Source of the DNA: Yuukianura sp. NJ FZ-2021
Taxonomy: Eukaryota
DNA length: 64,000 bases
Assembly: GCA_046563655.1 (NCBI GenBank)
Contig: CM102289.1
Coordinates: 4,588,001-4,652,000 of the forward strand
Direction of reading: 5' to 3'
Part shown: one piece after another, positions 45,817-58,815 of the stretch
Numbering within the stretch: the stretch's first letter is position 1
Layout of the letters: each line of letters begins with the position of its first letter
Program-made: the position numbers and the translations under genes
The notes under the pieces: generated by a model
What the model saw: only the letters and a program-made list of their open reading frames with translations
Database searches by the model: none
Told to the model about the DNA's origin: nothing

Positions 45817-48661
45817 ATGGAGGATTCAGGCGGATCAAATGAGTTCAAGTATGTTGTAATTGGCGGAGGTATTACTGGAGTGTCCGTGGTTGAACAGGTA
45901 GACATGAAACTATCTTTAAAAATTAAGTTTGCTTATTTTTGTTTGTTTTTTACAGCTTAGATCACTGGATGATGAGGGGAGTATATTGATGATCACAAAG
46001 TCAGACGTTGTTCAAGCCGCATCGAAAATTAACCGCATTACTATGAATCTTGAAGAATTCATTGTAGTGGAGAAAAGCTTCGAAACATTTAAGGACGTAG
46101 ATCAAATGCTGGTTGTTGTAAAAGACGCAGTTGTTTCGATGGATCCTGACAACCATGTAAGAGTCTCCGTATCCTATTGCCTTTATTTTTGATACGTTGA
46201 TTGTTAATACTAAGATTTGAAACATCAGACAGTTACAACAAGAAATCAACTGCTGTACAAATACGAATTTTTGTGCATATGTAGTGGTGCATCACCCAAC
46301 GTAGTTTCCTTCCAGGAATTGGATGGGTATGATTTCTCTGATCATATTATCGGGATAAGGGACACTCCTTCTGTAGCAAAAATAACTGAACTCCTCTCAC
46401 GGACCACTCGAGTCCTGGTCGTAGGGAATGGTGGGATAGCAACAGAATTCGTGTAATTTTCTGTTTCCTCAACTATTTTCATTTGGTAAAATCCGCTTCA
46501 TTAAGTTCATAATTTTATTAACTCGAATTTGTGTAGGTATGAAACCAGAAACGTGGACATCATCTGGGCCATCAAAGACTCCTCCGTTTCTTACCACTAT
46601 TTTGACAGCGGTGCCGCATGTTTTTTACTTTCTTCCATGCCATTTTTGCAATCATGCGAAAGTGCAGAAGATGCTCATACCAATACTGTTAAAGGTGCGA
46701 ATGTCCCAACTGTTTTGAAAAGATTGAAGTATACGGCGGATCAAGTTGCAACGGATGAACATGATTCCGATAATCATTTCGCCGCTGGTGGGAGTGCCCT
46801 CGGTCCCGACTGGCACAATGACTTCTGTTTGCATGGAGTCGCAAAAAATAAGACGGTTGACATTCAATACGAAACTCAAGTACAGCGTCTATTCGCACCC
46901 GAAGTTCATTATGACCTTATTGCCTCCGAATTTGGGGTTGACGAAGCAATTGGTGGGATATAACTCGTTACAGTATTATGTTTTGGGTCAGAGTCAGAAT
47001 ATTTACGCATGACACCACTTCCACTTTCTTTGCTAGAATCCAAAAAGTGGCGGACTTATGTCGAGCTGACAAATGGGAAAAGGTTTGGCGTCGATTGGAT
47101 CCTTTCGGCAACAGGCGTCATACCTAATACTGATTGGTTCCCAGGAGCGAAAGACGCAAAGCTAGGAATTTGTGTCAACGACTGGATGCACACCTCACTC
47201 GCCGACGTTTTTGCAGCAGGAGATGGTATGTTGTCAATCATTTTAAAGTTTGCTATTATTCACGTGTTCTTAACATCATGTTCAAGAATTAAGTTAATTA
47301 CAATTCGAATCCGGTACATCGGGGCATTGATTTTCTGTAAAATCGTAATTATCAATTAACGGTCTGTTATATTTCAGTTTGCTTCCCGTGTTGGCCGAAG
47401 CAGCGGAATTGGTTTCCCGTAAGAGTCTACTTTATTTTAACTGCAGCCCTTTATTTACTATTACCAATAGACTTAACTATTTTTTTTTTATCTACTAACA
47501 CCTGCAACTTAACTTCGAAAAGGCCTGTGAGTTTTTTTACAGTGCGCATGGCGAAAAACTGAACGTTTTTGCAAAAGTCTCACATGACCCCAACCCACAC
47601 TCCATATTCTTTGAACAATAATAAAAAAAAAACAAGGCAAATAACTAAAACAAGTGAATGAGTTAAAATTATCAAAGTTAAAATATTAAACTTAGTGTTG
47701 ATAGTGAGAAAGTGACTTTTAAATTTATGAATTATGAAATTTTAAATTATCGTGTTCGAATATGAAGTTTTTTTTTAATTATTGTTCAAAGAATGTGGAG
47801 TGTGGGTTGGGGTCATGTGAGACTTTTGCAAAAACGTTCAGTTTTTCGCTAGTCGCACTGTAAAAAAACTCACCTTCCCTTTCGAAGTTAAGTTGCAGGT
47901 GTTAGTAGAAACGATGACACTCTTTCTTTTGTTTAGATGCGCCTTTGGAGCCAAGGGAGGACAATGGGAATTTGTGCAGGAAGCTCTATGTATGCAGCAT
48001 CCACAACCGCTTCCGAAGATCATGCTCGGTGAGTTGCTGGCTGTAAAGCCAAGTGTAAAACGAGAGAAGTCTAGAGGATACACAAGGTTTACTCAAGTGC
48101 CAAGCTTACGCCTTGAAATAGCTTTCATTTAAATGAAATATCAATTCTTTCCAGTGCTAAAAGGATACCGACGACGTCAGAGCTCCTGGAAATCAAAGCG
48201 GTAGAAGATACACGAAACGAAATGTTTGGGGGATTTGACATTTTCACGCATGTCACAAAGTTCTTCGGCTTCAAGGTTGTCCTGTTGGGGTTGTACAATG
48301 GTCAAGGGATCCCGAAGAAGGAACAGACGATTGAGTTGAGGTACACTCCACATCGAGAATACATTAAGGTAACCCTGCGCGCTGGCGCACTAAAAAAAAT
48401 CATAATTTTAACAACTTGTGTAATAATTTATTGCACACTACTAGTATTAATACATATGTTTGCAAAGTCAGTAGCTTCTAAATTGTATTTTGATGTTAGG
48501 TTGTACTTTCTAACAACAGAGTACAAGGGGCTGTACTGATTGGCGATACAGGACTAGAGGAAACGTTTGAACATCTGATCCTTTGTCAGGTAGACATTTC
48601 AAAAATAGGCAACGGAAGTTTACTTGATCCGAATATTGATCTTGAAGACTATTTCGACTAA
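45817..48661 (+). CDS. PYROXD1: Pyridine nucleotide-disulfide oxidoreductase domain-containing protein 1
   Basis: [116 protein letters not shown]. Confidence 0.96.
47491..47909. mobile_element. Young foldback MITE in PYROXD1 intron
   Basis: ~140-bp arms TCTACTAACACCTGCAACTTAACTTCGAAA...ACCCCAACCCACACTCCA vs its reverse complement ending AGTTAAGTTGCAGGTGTTAGTAGA. Confidence 0.9.
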
Positions 48662-49891
48662 CGCCCGTTCACTCGGCTCGGCTCTGCCTATGTCTTCGAA
48701 AATGTGAAAGTGCTCAAGACCATCACCAATTAGATTATTTTTGTAAGCTTTAAAATTGAATTGTTCACTTTGCACAAAATTTTATATAGAAGTACTTACC
48801 TAGCTTTTACCTTCTATTAGTACTTACTAGTCTAGTACTAAATAGGTATGGACTGGTGTAATTATTGAAAATTATTGCCGGATGTAGGTATATATCTAAT
48901 ATTTTAATCACTTACCATCACCCAGTAACAGTTAGTTCAGCAACATAATAACTTTTGTAAAACGTTTATTCCGAAAAACCTGCGCAATTAGCAGGAGAAT
49001 AAATCGAATTGAATTGAATTTTTGGCCCGAAGTTGAAGCACTAGTCTCCAATGAAGGCTGGGTCTCCAATACAAGCCGGGCATCTCCATGGAGAGGAGAC
49101 CCGAAAAATAAATATAAGCCCGGGCTTATGTTACAAGGTTTACGGTATTCAAAATCTTTCAGTTTATTGAAATTCCGTAATTTTTAACTTTATGGTAATA
49201 CAATTTTTAGGTTAGCAGAAAGTATTCAGGTGGAACAGGAAGGATTGTGGTCACTGGCGCTATTACACTCGATACTTGAAACGATCAGTTCGAAGCTAGA
49301 AACACGCTTTAACTTGTAAAATTAAATAATACATCACATAATGAAATCATATAATAAAAATGAAATTATATGTGAAACAATTTGGGGATCGTATCGTATC
49401 GCACAAAAGAAGAAACTTGCGTGTACCACTTTCGTACATCCACCATCAATCACAACAAAATCAAAATCACGTATTTATATACTCCCTTGGCAATTACCTT
49501 TTCACTTTTATGAATCTCTTGACGCTTATTACTCTATTACTTAATGCTAGAACTTAACACATTACAATGCATTCTGATGAGATCAACAGTTCCTAAATTA
49601 AGTGTTACTTTATTTCTGAACCGTTGAGCTCATATTATTCTTATGCAATTATACCATTAGCTTTTTATGGTTTGCTAGTGTCAAGTCATCACCTGCTACG
49701 ACTGCGAATGCGATTCTCTATTATTACGTAAAAGACATTCCATGCCTCAATGATTCAGCTTAATATTGGAAACAACATGCACCGAAAACTTAAACTCCGT
49801 ATTTCCTTTTACCATACCTTATTTAATATTTAGTGATTGAATCAAAAGTGAAATCGAAAACTTATTAGACGTGAGTTCAAATTGTTTGCTC

Positions 49892-51415
49892 TTATACATG
49901 ATAATTAGGTACACACTCTGTGGATTGTGGACCATTGTGACAAGGCAGAAACCAAATGAAGATTGGACCCCTACCACAAACTTCGCCTAAAAGCTTCAGT
50001 TTTGGCTTTTTGGGGCGATGGCGGCCGAGTTTCTTTACCTATTTGAAAAAAAAAGTGAGTCATTGACGCGAAACGTAACATGCGAATGGGAAACAGCAAA
50101 ATAGCAATAGGATTTATAATTACTTTTATACAGATCTTAAGCTTACGTGCTCCACTGCTGTTTCGTCCGCAAAAATTGCAGACAGTTGGTCAATCATAAT
50201 CGCGAGTACAAACATTCCAAATATTAAGCATTCCAACATGAGAATCACCGAATGGAGGCTACAATAAACAGGCAAATGTTTGATTAACTCGCAAGCAAAA
50301 GAAAGGCAGAATTAAAGTTGTCTTGCAAATCCTTAACTTACACTCTTGATTGCTTCGGAATCAAGTCGTTCGGACAGTATGGACAATCATTGGTCCATGA
50401 GTAGACGACGAGCGCAGCAGCATACATGCATAACACTCCAACGTACAAGAGGAACTGCATGAAGTACTTTTGATTCCATTCTCCGACACAGTTATTTATC
50501 CACGGACTGTTAAAGCAGTCAACGAAATAAAAAGAATCCCCTTAGTTAACGTTCCCGCTCCTTATTTAACGCAGAATGTACACACCACACAAAGCAATCC
50601 TAATCCGTTTACAAACAACGTCGAATTTGTCTTTACAAGTAAGTATGGCTTAACACCCTAACTTGTAAGTCAACATTTCAAAATGAAAAGAAAAAACCAT
50701 CCCATCGCATATTGCTAAACTTAAAAACTGGGTCTAATTACCAATGGTGATCCATTCGCCTGACACACCTTTTGCAGATTCTGCAATGATGTGCTCGTGG
50801 AGGGCGGAATACTTCACATCGTCCACATAATGTGTACTCGCTCTCGTCTTCGTTTGATCGCTCCTTTGCGGCTATAGAATTTTTTTGTTCTGATCAGTCG
50901 TCTAAGTTTTTATTGGAATTTCGTTACGTTTACGTACCATCATGGTAATCCGAAAAGTCGTGTCGAATAAGTGGAATCGGAATGACTCCAGGATCAGAGA
51001 GGACAGCCCGGAGATGTGACCAGGTTAATAAACCGACGACGACGTTAAACAATACGATATGGAGAGTTCCCCATAAGCTGTAACAAAAGAAAATTGGTGT
51101 CACATTATTTTTCATCTTATTAGCGGCGAGTGACACATTTTGGCGTGAATTTGAGAATAATACATATAAACCACTAATCGATTTTTTTGGAACATAACTT
51201 ACTACCTGTCATAAAAAGTTGTAAGACAGATCCATCGAACAATAACAAAATCAGCATAAAATACTGTAATTCAAACAACGTAAACAAACATCACAACATC
51301 ATTCATAAATAACCTTCTACGTCTATCAAAATTGATTGGAACTGGAAGCCTTACCTGCACCATAAGTAATGAAAATGCATATTACACCACATGGGTCCTT
51401 CCGAAACTGAACCAT
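49892..51415 (-). CDS. ZDHHC3: DHHC palmitoyltransferase, ZDHHC3/7-like
   Basis: [94 protein letters not shown] at 49892. ZDHHC3 vs ZDHHC7 not resolvable. Confidence 0.9.
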
Positions 51416-51792
51416 CTTCTATCAACTGTAAACTTAACCAATATCTTATGTATGACGAGGTGAAAGGTCGGACCAATCTGGTCGATGGCTGTATACTTAG
51501 TCGTAGAGGTAGGCGTTTCGTTGTCATAAAAATTCACACTTAGTCGATCATGGGAGATTTTTGAATGTAGTGAACGTGAAGTAGTCGATAAAATTTGAAG
51601 TAGTGACAGTGAGAGGCAGGGTAATCATTCTTAAGTAACGGTACTAATGTAAAGGATGTCGTTTTAATTGAATGAAACAACACTATTAAATAAATTAATA
51701 ATTTGTATGATTGACTATTGAATAGATTAACACAATAAAAAGTAAAACGTCTAGTTACCTAATTTATTAAATTAAGTAACAAATGAGGATTT

Positions 51793-52034
51793 GGTTGAGG
51801 TATGGCCTAACAAACATTGCTGTAGCCGCTCGGCTTAGCTTCGACAATCTTTTACCACTACCACAATAGGTGACAGGTGACTACACCAAAGTGGCAACTC
51901 TTGTCGTATGTTTTGTACCCGCTTTCACTTAGCCTTACCTAATAATGGCAACATAAGTTACAAATAGGCGTAGCCACTTTTTGTAGCGGCTACACTGTGA
52001 AGTAGGTTTATACTTGCTAAACCTTACGCCAACC
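51793..52034. mobile_element. TIR element family A, copy 3
   Basis: GGTTGAGGTATGGCCTAAC...TGTAGCCGC and GCGGCTACA...TAAACCTTACGCCAACC ends. Confidence 0.7.
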
Positions 52035-52427
52035 GACCGACGACTCAAGTAGAAATAGCAAAGAGAATAGGGTGACTAAAAGTCTGAATTCGCGAATATT
52101 AGGGTAAATTAAACTTGCCCAGGATTTTTTTTTCAAGTTTTCCTCCGAAACGTATTCCATTTGAGGAAATATTTCAAGTTAAAATTTAAGTATCCGTATT
52201 CAGTATTATAATTAATTCAGTATTCAGTATTATAATTAATTCAGTATTCAGTTTTGCGGATTTTTTGCGGAATACACTCTAGGTTGAGGATTTCCTAAGA
52301 TATTCTATGCTGAAGTATTATGTAAGATTATGATATTCCAAATTAAGAATTAATTTTGTCTTTCGAAAGCATCTTGCCTCAAAAAATGTTAGATACCGTG
52401 CGCGGTATACGCTAAGATTTAGTAAAT

Positions 52428-53136
52428 AGGCCCTTTCAGATAAAACGGATTAATCGGAAAAAGTGATTAATCGGTACAAAAGTGATTAATCGGAAGGGTT
52501 CTGCACATGCGCAGAAGAAAGTGATTATAAAATAAGCGCTTAAAAAATAAACCACGAAAAGGTGGTTTATTTTCCGATTAATCAGTCTTGTTTTGATTCT
52601 TTTCTTGCTTTCACATGTGAGTTGGAGTTCCTTTCAAATTCTAAAGTATTGTAACTAATTCTAAAGTAAAACTACTGGTTAACCAAGTTAGTTAATTGTT
52701 GAAAAGCCACGACGAGCAGCTAAAGTAATGGTCATTGGTCAGTGACACTTCAAGTAAAGAAGAACACTTTAAATGGACAGCTGATTGTAAATTAGCAATC
52801 AGCTAACATTTAAGTCTCATGTTTTATGTCTTATGTCTAAGTTACAGAATGTCGGTGAGAGGGGAATAAGCAGCATTTCTTCATTTCAAATGTATTCTTA
52901 AATTCTTGTAAACTCTTGCTTCTCCGACTTTCGACGTCCCCATTTCAATAATTTGTTACGCAGAATTGTTAATTAGAAAAGAAATCAAAGATAAGTTTTT
53001 GCGAATACCCGCTCGAAAAACCACGTGATCAAAATTTTAATCCCTCGAAAGAATCGGTGCGCTCCAATAGTCCTGATTAATCACTTTGAGCGATTAATCG
53101 CTATTTGGATTAATCCGTTTTATCTGAAAGGGCCTA
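52428..53136. mobile_element. ~710-bp non-autonomous DNA transposon with perfect ~29-bp TIRs
   Basis: TAGGCCCTTTCAGATAAAACGGATTAATC / GATTAATCCGTTTTATCTGAAAGGGCCTA; subterminal GATTAATC repeats. Confidence 0.9.
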
Positions 53137-54449
53137 ATGTGAAATTTCCCTGCTTTTGATTTAAATTTTTACGCCGATATTGACAAAACTTTCCGGTTTA
53201 CGTTTAAAATTTTAGGAATCAATTTCCGTATTTATCTTTCAAAAATGTTCCACAGGTACAAAAACTCTCCATTTTTAAAATTTATATTTCCGATGATGCC
53301 ACTCGCATAATAATCAAAAAGTGACTAATTGGTGAATTAAGTGTTGATTGTTTTCGGAAAGTTATAAAATACTGATTCATCTCTTTGACTCAAGCCAATA
53401 AAATATTTCCACCTCTACGCTGTCAAAAAGATGCTAATACTTTGCAAGTTCTATAATAACAATGGAAGAAAATGTAATTAAAAATTCAGAAGCAGATGAG
53501 TAATATGTAATGATGAGTAATAAGTAAAAAGAACAATAGATTTTAAATTCGAATCCGCATAAAATAAATCTAAAACTGGCGTTTAGATTTGACTTTTTTG
53601 TTAGGTTGTGTTTAGCTTGGGTATCAAAAGATTCTCCTATTAGTTTTAATTACTGCAAAAGGTTGTTTAAAAAGGTCAAAGTGAGAATTGAATACTAAAC
53701 GACTCCTTTGTCAATCTCGTCAAAATTAAAACTTGGTATTCTGTGAATGATGCATTGGATGGAAACGCGGCAGATTAATTTTCAGTTTTGGTTGAATCAC
53801 TTTGAAATAAGGACTATCAACATCACACAAGTTCTCGTTTAAAGTAGTTGCAAATGAAAGAGCTTTGATCAAAACGAGTTTAGAACGAACGTGTGAGACC
53901 AAGGGGCAATACTAAACGAAGTTGAAGGTTTTCAAAACAAAGTTGCTTTCTTGTGGAATTAGGAATTGAGACAAACAGATCTGTGTGTCTCAGTTCTGTT
54001 TGCACTTCGAAGTGCGTGTTTAAAATCAAGTTTTTGGAAACAAAAATAAAGATAAGAAGACAACTCTCATTCCAAATTTGAAAAAGTGGCAAGTTAAAGT
54101 TGAAAGTGAAAAGAAATTGCTTTGAACAAAACCAACATCCAAACCTCAGAACTGAAAGTTAAAAAAATGTCACTTAAAATTGACAGAAAAGCACCAAATC
54201 CTGGAAGTTAGTTTCAAAGTTTCAATTGAACTTGCGTTTGAATAGTTTGAATTTTTCGGTTGTAGTTAGTCTTTTAGTCGTAACAGAATGTGAATTGTTT
54301 GAATGTAGTGCTAAGCTTCTGCATCTGCAGTTGGCTTCAAAAACCCGAGTGTGAAAACTCCGAAAGAATTCTTTGTTCTTTAAAAAGTCAAGTTTTGAAG
54401 TGACAGTTTTTAGTTTCCCCGTCAAACGGTGCTACTTTCTTGTTTCAAA

Positions 54450-57400
54450 ATGGCACAAATTCAAACTCTAACATTCACAAACAAGACGAGGTTTTGTTCT
54501 TCGCGAAAGCGCGTGACCTTGACCTTCCTGACCTTCTGCTTATTCCTGACAATTTTGGGAATTTGTACTTATCAACTAGCTTATGGAAAAACCGGATCTT
54601 CCTGGACACCAAAACCAATGGAACTCGGTGACCCCAATTTTCGGCTTCCAAGAAATCTCAAACCGATTTTCTACAAATTGAATCTGATTCCACATCTTTC
54701 TCCCAGCGAAAATTTTAGAATTGACGGAGAAGTCGCCATTAACTTTCTGTGTCACATTCCAACAAACGAAATTGTCCTTAACATAAAAAACATTACAATC
54801 AACGAGGTCAAAGTTCAAGAAATAGACGGGAGCTACCATGACCTTGACCAAGGAGGTTCAAGGACAGTTACCAAGAGGTTAGACGTGATAGCTCAAGATT
54901 TTGACTCCAGAACGGACTTTTTCAAGGTCAAGGTGAACGAGACCCTTGACCCTTCAAGGGGCTACAGAATCTCCATAGTCTATGAAGGGACACTGAACGA
55001 TGAGTTGGTAGGGTTTTACAGGAGCTCATATGTGGATGAAAAGAGTAATGAGATAAGGTAAGGCATTGTTGAATAATTAACATTGTGACCTAGTGACAAG
55101 GTATAAGTCGTGCTGGGATCAATTCCAACCGGTTCCTTAGCTCTTTTTAAAATTTGTTTTAAAGATGGATGGGCGTTACACAATTTTCACCCACTGATGC
55201 TCGTAGGGCGTTTCCATGCTTTGATGAACCTTCATTCAAAGCAGTTTTTGAAATTAGCATTGCCAGACCAGAGGGAATGAAAACCATTTCCAATATGGAT
55301 CTCTTCGAAACAGAAAAAATGTAAGAAAAAATGACTGCCGGGGTCAATTTCCCCATGGAATTGTTGCCACACTTGACCCTGATGGACTTTTTGGTTGTTT
55401 GCTAGGTATAATAAGACAGGATGGATGTGGGACCACTACAACAAATCTCTGCCGATGTCCACGTACCTTGTGGGCTTCGCAGTGACAGATTTTGAAAATC
55501 GGTTGTCCAAAGAAACCTTGAGTACACCAAAATTTCAAGTTTGGGCCAGAGCAGATGCTATAGGTCAAACGGAGTATGCTGGAGACATTGGACCAAGGAT
55601 TTTGACTTATTTTGAAAAATACTTTGGCATTAAATTTCCACTTCCAAAGTTGGACATGATAGGAGTTCCGGAACATCGGTTCAACGCCATGGAAAACTGG
55701 GGACTAATAACATATAGGTAAGTGCCACTTACATGCATCATTTACTAATCAGTGGTGTTTAGGTTAAAGGAAAACCTGTTAACCTCATGCTAACCCATTT
55801 GAGTTAAACGTTCCCGTGTTTGCTTTGCTCTGTCAAAATTAATTGATTGACTACTGTAATTGGTTAATTGATTACTATTTTTAGAGAACTTACAATTTTG
55901 TTTGACTCTAATTACTCGTCCGATGCCAATAAGAGAAGAATTGCAGAGGTCGTATCACATGAACTGGTAAGTTTTTCAAAATTTTTAAGAAAAAATTCAG
56001 AAATAAGAAAAAAAATGGATTTTTGAAAAAACAAATTAAAAATTCAGGGGCATCAGTGGTTTGGAAACTTGGTTACCCCTGCATGGTGGTCTGACCTTTG
56101 GTTAAAGGAAGGATTTGCAAGTTACTTAGAATACAAGGGGGTCGATTTCGTAAGGGGTCAAACTATATAGAAAAACTTCACACTTCATCAAAAAATTCAA
56201 AATTTTGAAAAAATTGATTTAGGTTGAACCAGAGTGGGGAATGTTAGATTTGTTTGTTCTAAACGAAATTCAAACAGTATTTCGTTTAGATGCACTCAAC
56301 AATTCTCATCCCATTTCAGTCCCAGTAGACCATCCAGACGAAATCAACGAAATTTTCGACGACATCTCCTACTCCAAAGGTCAAGCAACAAAGAATTTCA
56401 AAATTTTAAAAAAGAAATGTTTTGTGTGTTAGGTTTGAGTAGGGTGGTTAGGCTTTGCAATATTTCTAATATTTTCACAGGTTGCACAATAATTCGGATG
56501 ATGGATCATTTCCTCAGTTCAACCACTTTCAAACAAGGCATCACCAACTACCTCAACAAATGGTAAAGATTTGTTTTGAATTTTGAAATTCTGAAGGTAT
56601 ACTTTAATATTATGAAATTCAACGGCCATATTTTAATATTTTGAAATTCAATGGCCAGGGCATACAACAACACAGAACAGAGCGACCTCTGGGACGAATT
56701 GACATTGCAGGGGCATGCCGATGGAACCCTTGACCCTGATTTGACTGTCCAACAAATCATGGACACTTGGACTCTGCAAAAAGGCTTTCCAGTAGTCAAT
56801 GTCGAGCGTAACTACAGTTCCTTCAGTGACCTCACTTTGACCCAAAATAAGTTCAGTCTCATTCCCGAACATGAAACTTCAGATTTCAAGTGGTACATTC
56901 CAGTGTCAGTTGCCAACGGCTCCAGTCCGGATTTCAGTCTAACTGGTCCAAAGTTCTGGATTTTCAAAAATGAAACACAGGTCACGAAAACACTAGACCT
57001 TGATCCAGATTCGTGGTACATCATAAACGTTCAAACGAGTGGCTACTACCGCGTCAACTACGACAAACCCAACTGGGAAAGGCTAACTACCCAGCTAGCA
57101 GAAGGTCACGAGGTCATTCATGTGGTCAACCGAGGGCAACTTCTGGACGATGTACTGACTCTAGCGAGAGCCTCACTCGTGACATATGACATTGCGCTAA
57201 ACCTAACCTTGTACATTTCCAACGAAACTCACTTTCTACCGTGGGAATCCTACTTTAGCAATGTCGAATTTTTGTTCGACATGGCTCTCAACAATGAACT
57301 CTTTGACCTTCTCAAGGTAATTTGAACTTTGAAATTTTTGAACTGAAAAACCGGAAATTTCTTCTTTTTTTTAAACAGGTCCATGTCAATTCTCTCATGG

Positions 57401-58427
57401 CTTCTGAGTATAATCGTGTTGGCTTTGATCAACCATTGGACGGGGAAAGTGTTTTAGAAAGAGCACATCGAATTCACATGTTGCAATGGGCATGTGAATT
57501 GGAATTTTCAGATTGTGTGCAAAAATCTTCGACGTATTTTCAAAGGTGGATGTCTAATACCAAGAATACGAATGAGAATATGTAAGATGTTTTCAAATGC
57601 AAAATTCCTTAGTTATAAAGTAATAAGTTTTATTTTAGAATCATGTTCATAAGATTCTTAATTTTTAAAATCTTTCATTTTTTTTTAGAATTCCAGTTAA
57701 CCTTCGACATGTGGTGTACTGTGCTGCCATCAAAAATGGAAGTGAAGTGGAATGGGAATTTGCTAAGCAAAAATATTTAGAAGTGGGCGTCGCATCTGAG
57801 AAAGACAGAATCCTAAGTGCTCTCGCGTGTTCTCAAAATGAAACAATTTTGAAAAAGTATACAGCCAATTTTTCCATTACATTGACAAAATTTTGAAAAA
57901 TTCTGAAGTTCTAAAATGTTTAAACTTTTCTAGGTATATCAATGACGCAGTGACGCCAAACTCTTTTATTAGAAAACAAGACAGTAAAAACGTTTTAATT
58001 CGCGTTGCGAGCACGAGTTATCTTGGGAATCGCATCGTATTTGAGTTTTTACAAAAAGAATGGCCGCGAATTCGAGAATAGTAAGTTTTAGATGCTTAAT
58101 TTTGGAATTTTCCTTCATAAATTACTCTCGTTCAGTTTGAAACTGAGGAACTACATTTTGAAACGGAATTTTATGTTTAAATTTTTTTGTCAAATAAGTT
58201 TCGGCGCTGGACTTTCACTAAGTAGACTGATCAACTACGGAATTGCACCAAAGTTAAAAACGCCAGAAGATCTTGCGGCAATTGAAAAGTTCCGAGACGA
58301 CTATTCGGGACAATTCGGAGCTGGAGAAAGAGCTGTTGATGAAGCGGTTGAGGTTGCTAAAACAAATCTACACTGGATGAGCCGAAGTTACCATGAAGTT
58401 GTTGACTGGCTAAAACAAAAACGCTGA
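54450..58427 (+). CDS. M1 family aminopeptidase N-like type II membrane metallopeptidase
   Basis: N-terminal TM anchor; [118 protein letters not shown]1-like C-terminal domain. Confidence 0.95.
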
Positions 58428-58815
58428 AAAACAGTTGAAGCCTAACGGTCTTCAACACAGTATTTGAACAAATTAAATAATTTCAGCACTAACTGTTAAC
58501 ACCGGTAAGCATTTGGGTCCACTATACCAAAACTACACGTCGAAACCGCTATAACCGCTGCCTACATTAAACCATAAATGAAGTTCTAAGTTTAATTATT
58601 TTTATCTTTGGTGTTTCTTACAATTTTAGTTGTATACGCCAATATAGTTCATGAACAAAAACCAAAATAAAGAAGGTTTCCATAGTATAATTTTAGTTTT
58701 TTTCTTAATTTTCCATTTAATAACTCCGTTTCTTTAGTCGCGTTATGGGTAAATGTTGAGATTGTGTTAATATACAAATTCCAAAACCTTTTACATACCC
58801 CGAAACTGACTTTCT

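Noticed and set aside
46166..46175. U12-type donor-like GTATCCTA in PYROXD1
   Set aside because: An ordinary GTAAGA donor 11 nt upstream gives the correct frame.
52196..52252. Short tandem duplication (TATTCAGTATTATAATTAATTCAG); similar case at ~60312-60352
   Set aside because: Ordinary slippage in AT-rich non-coding DNA.
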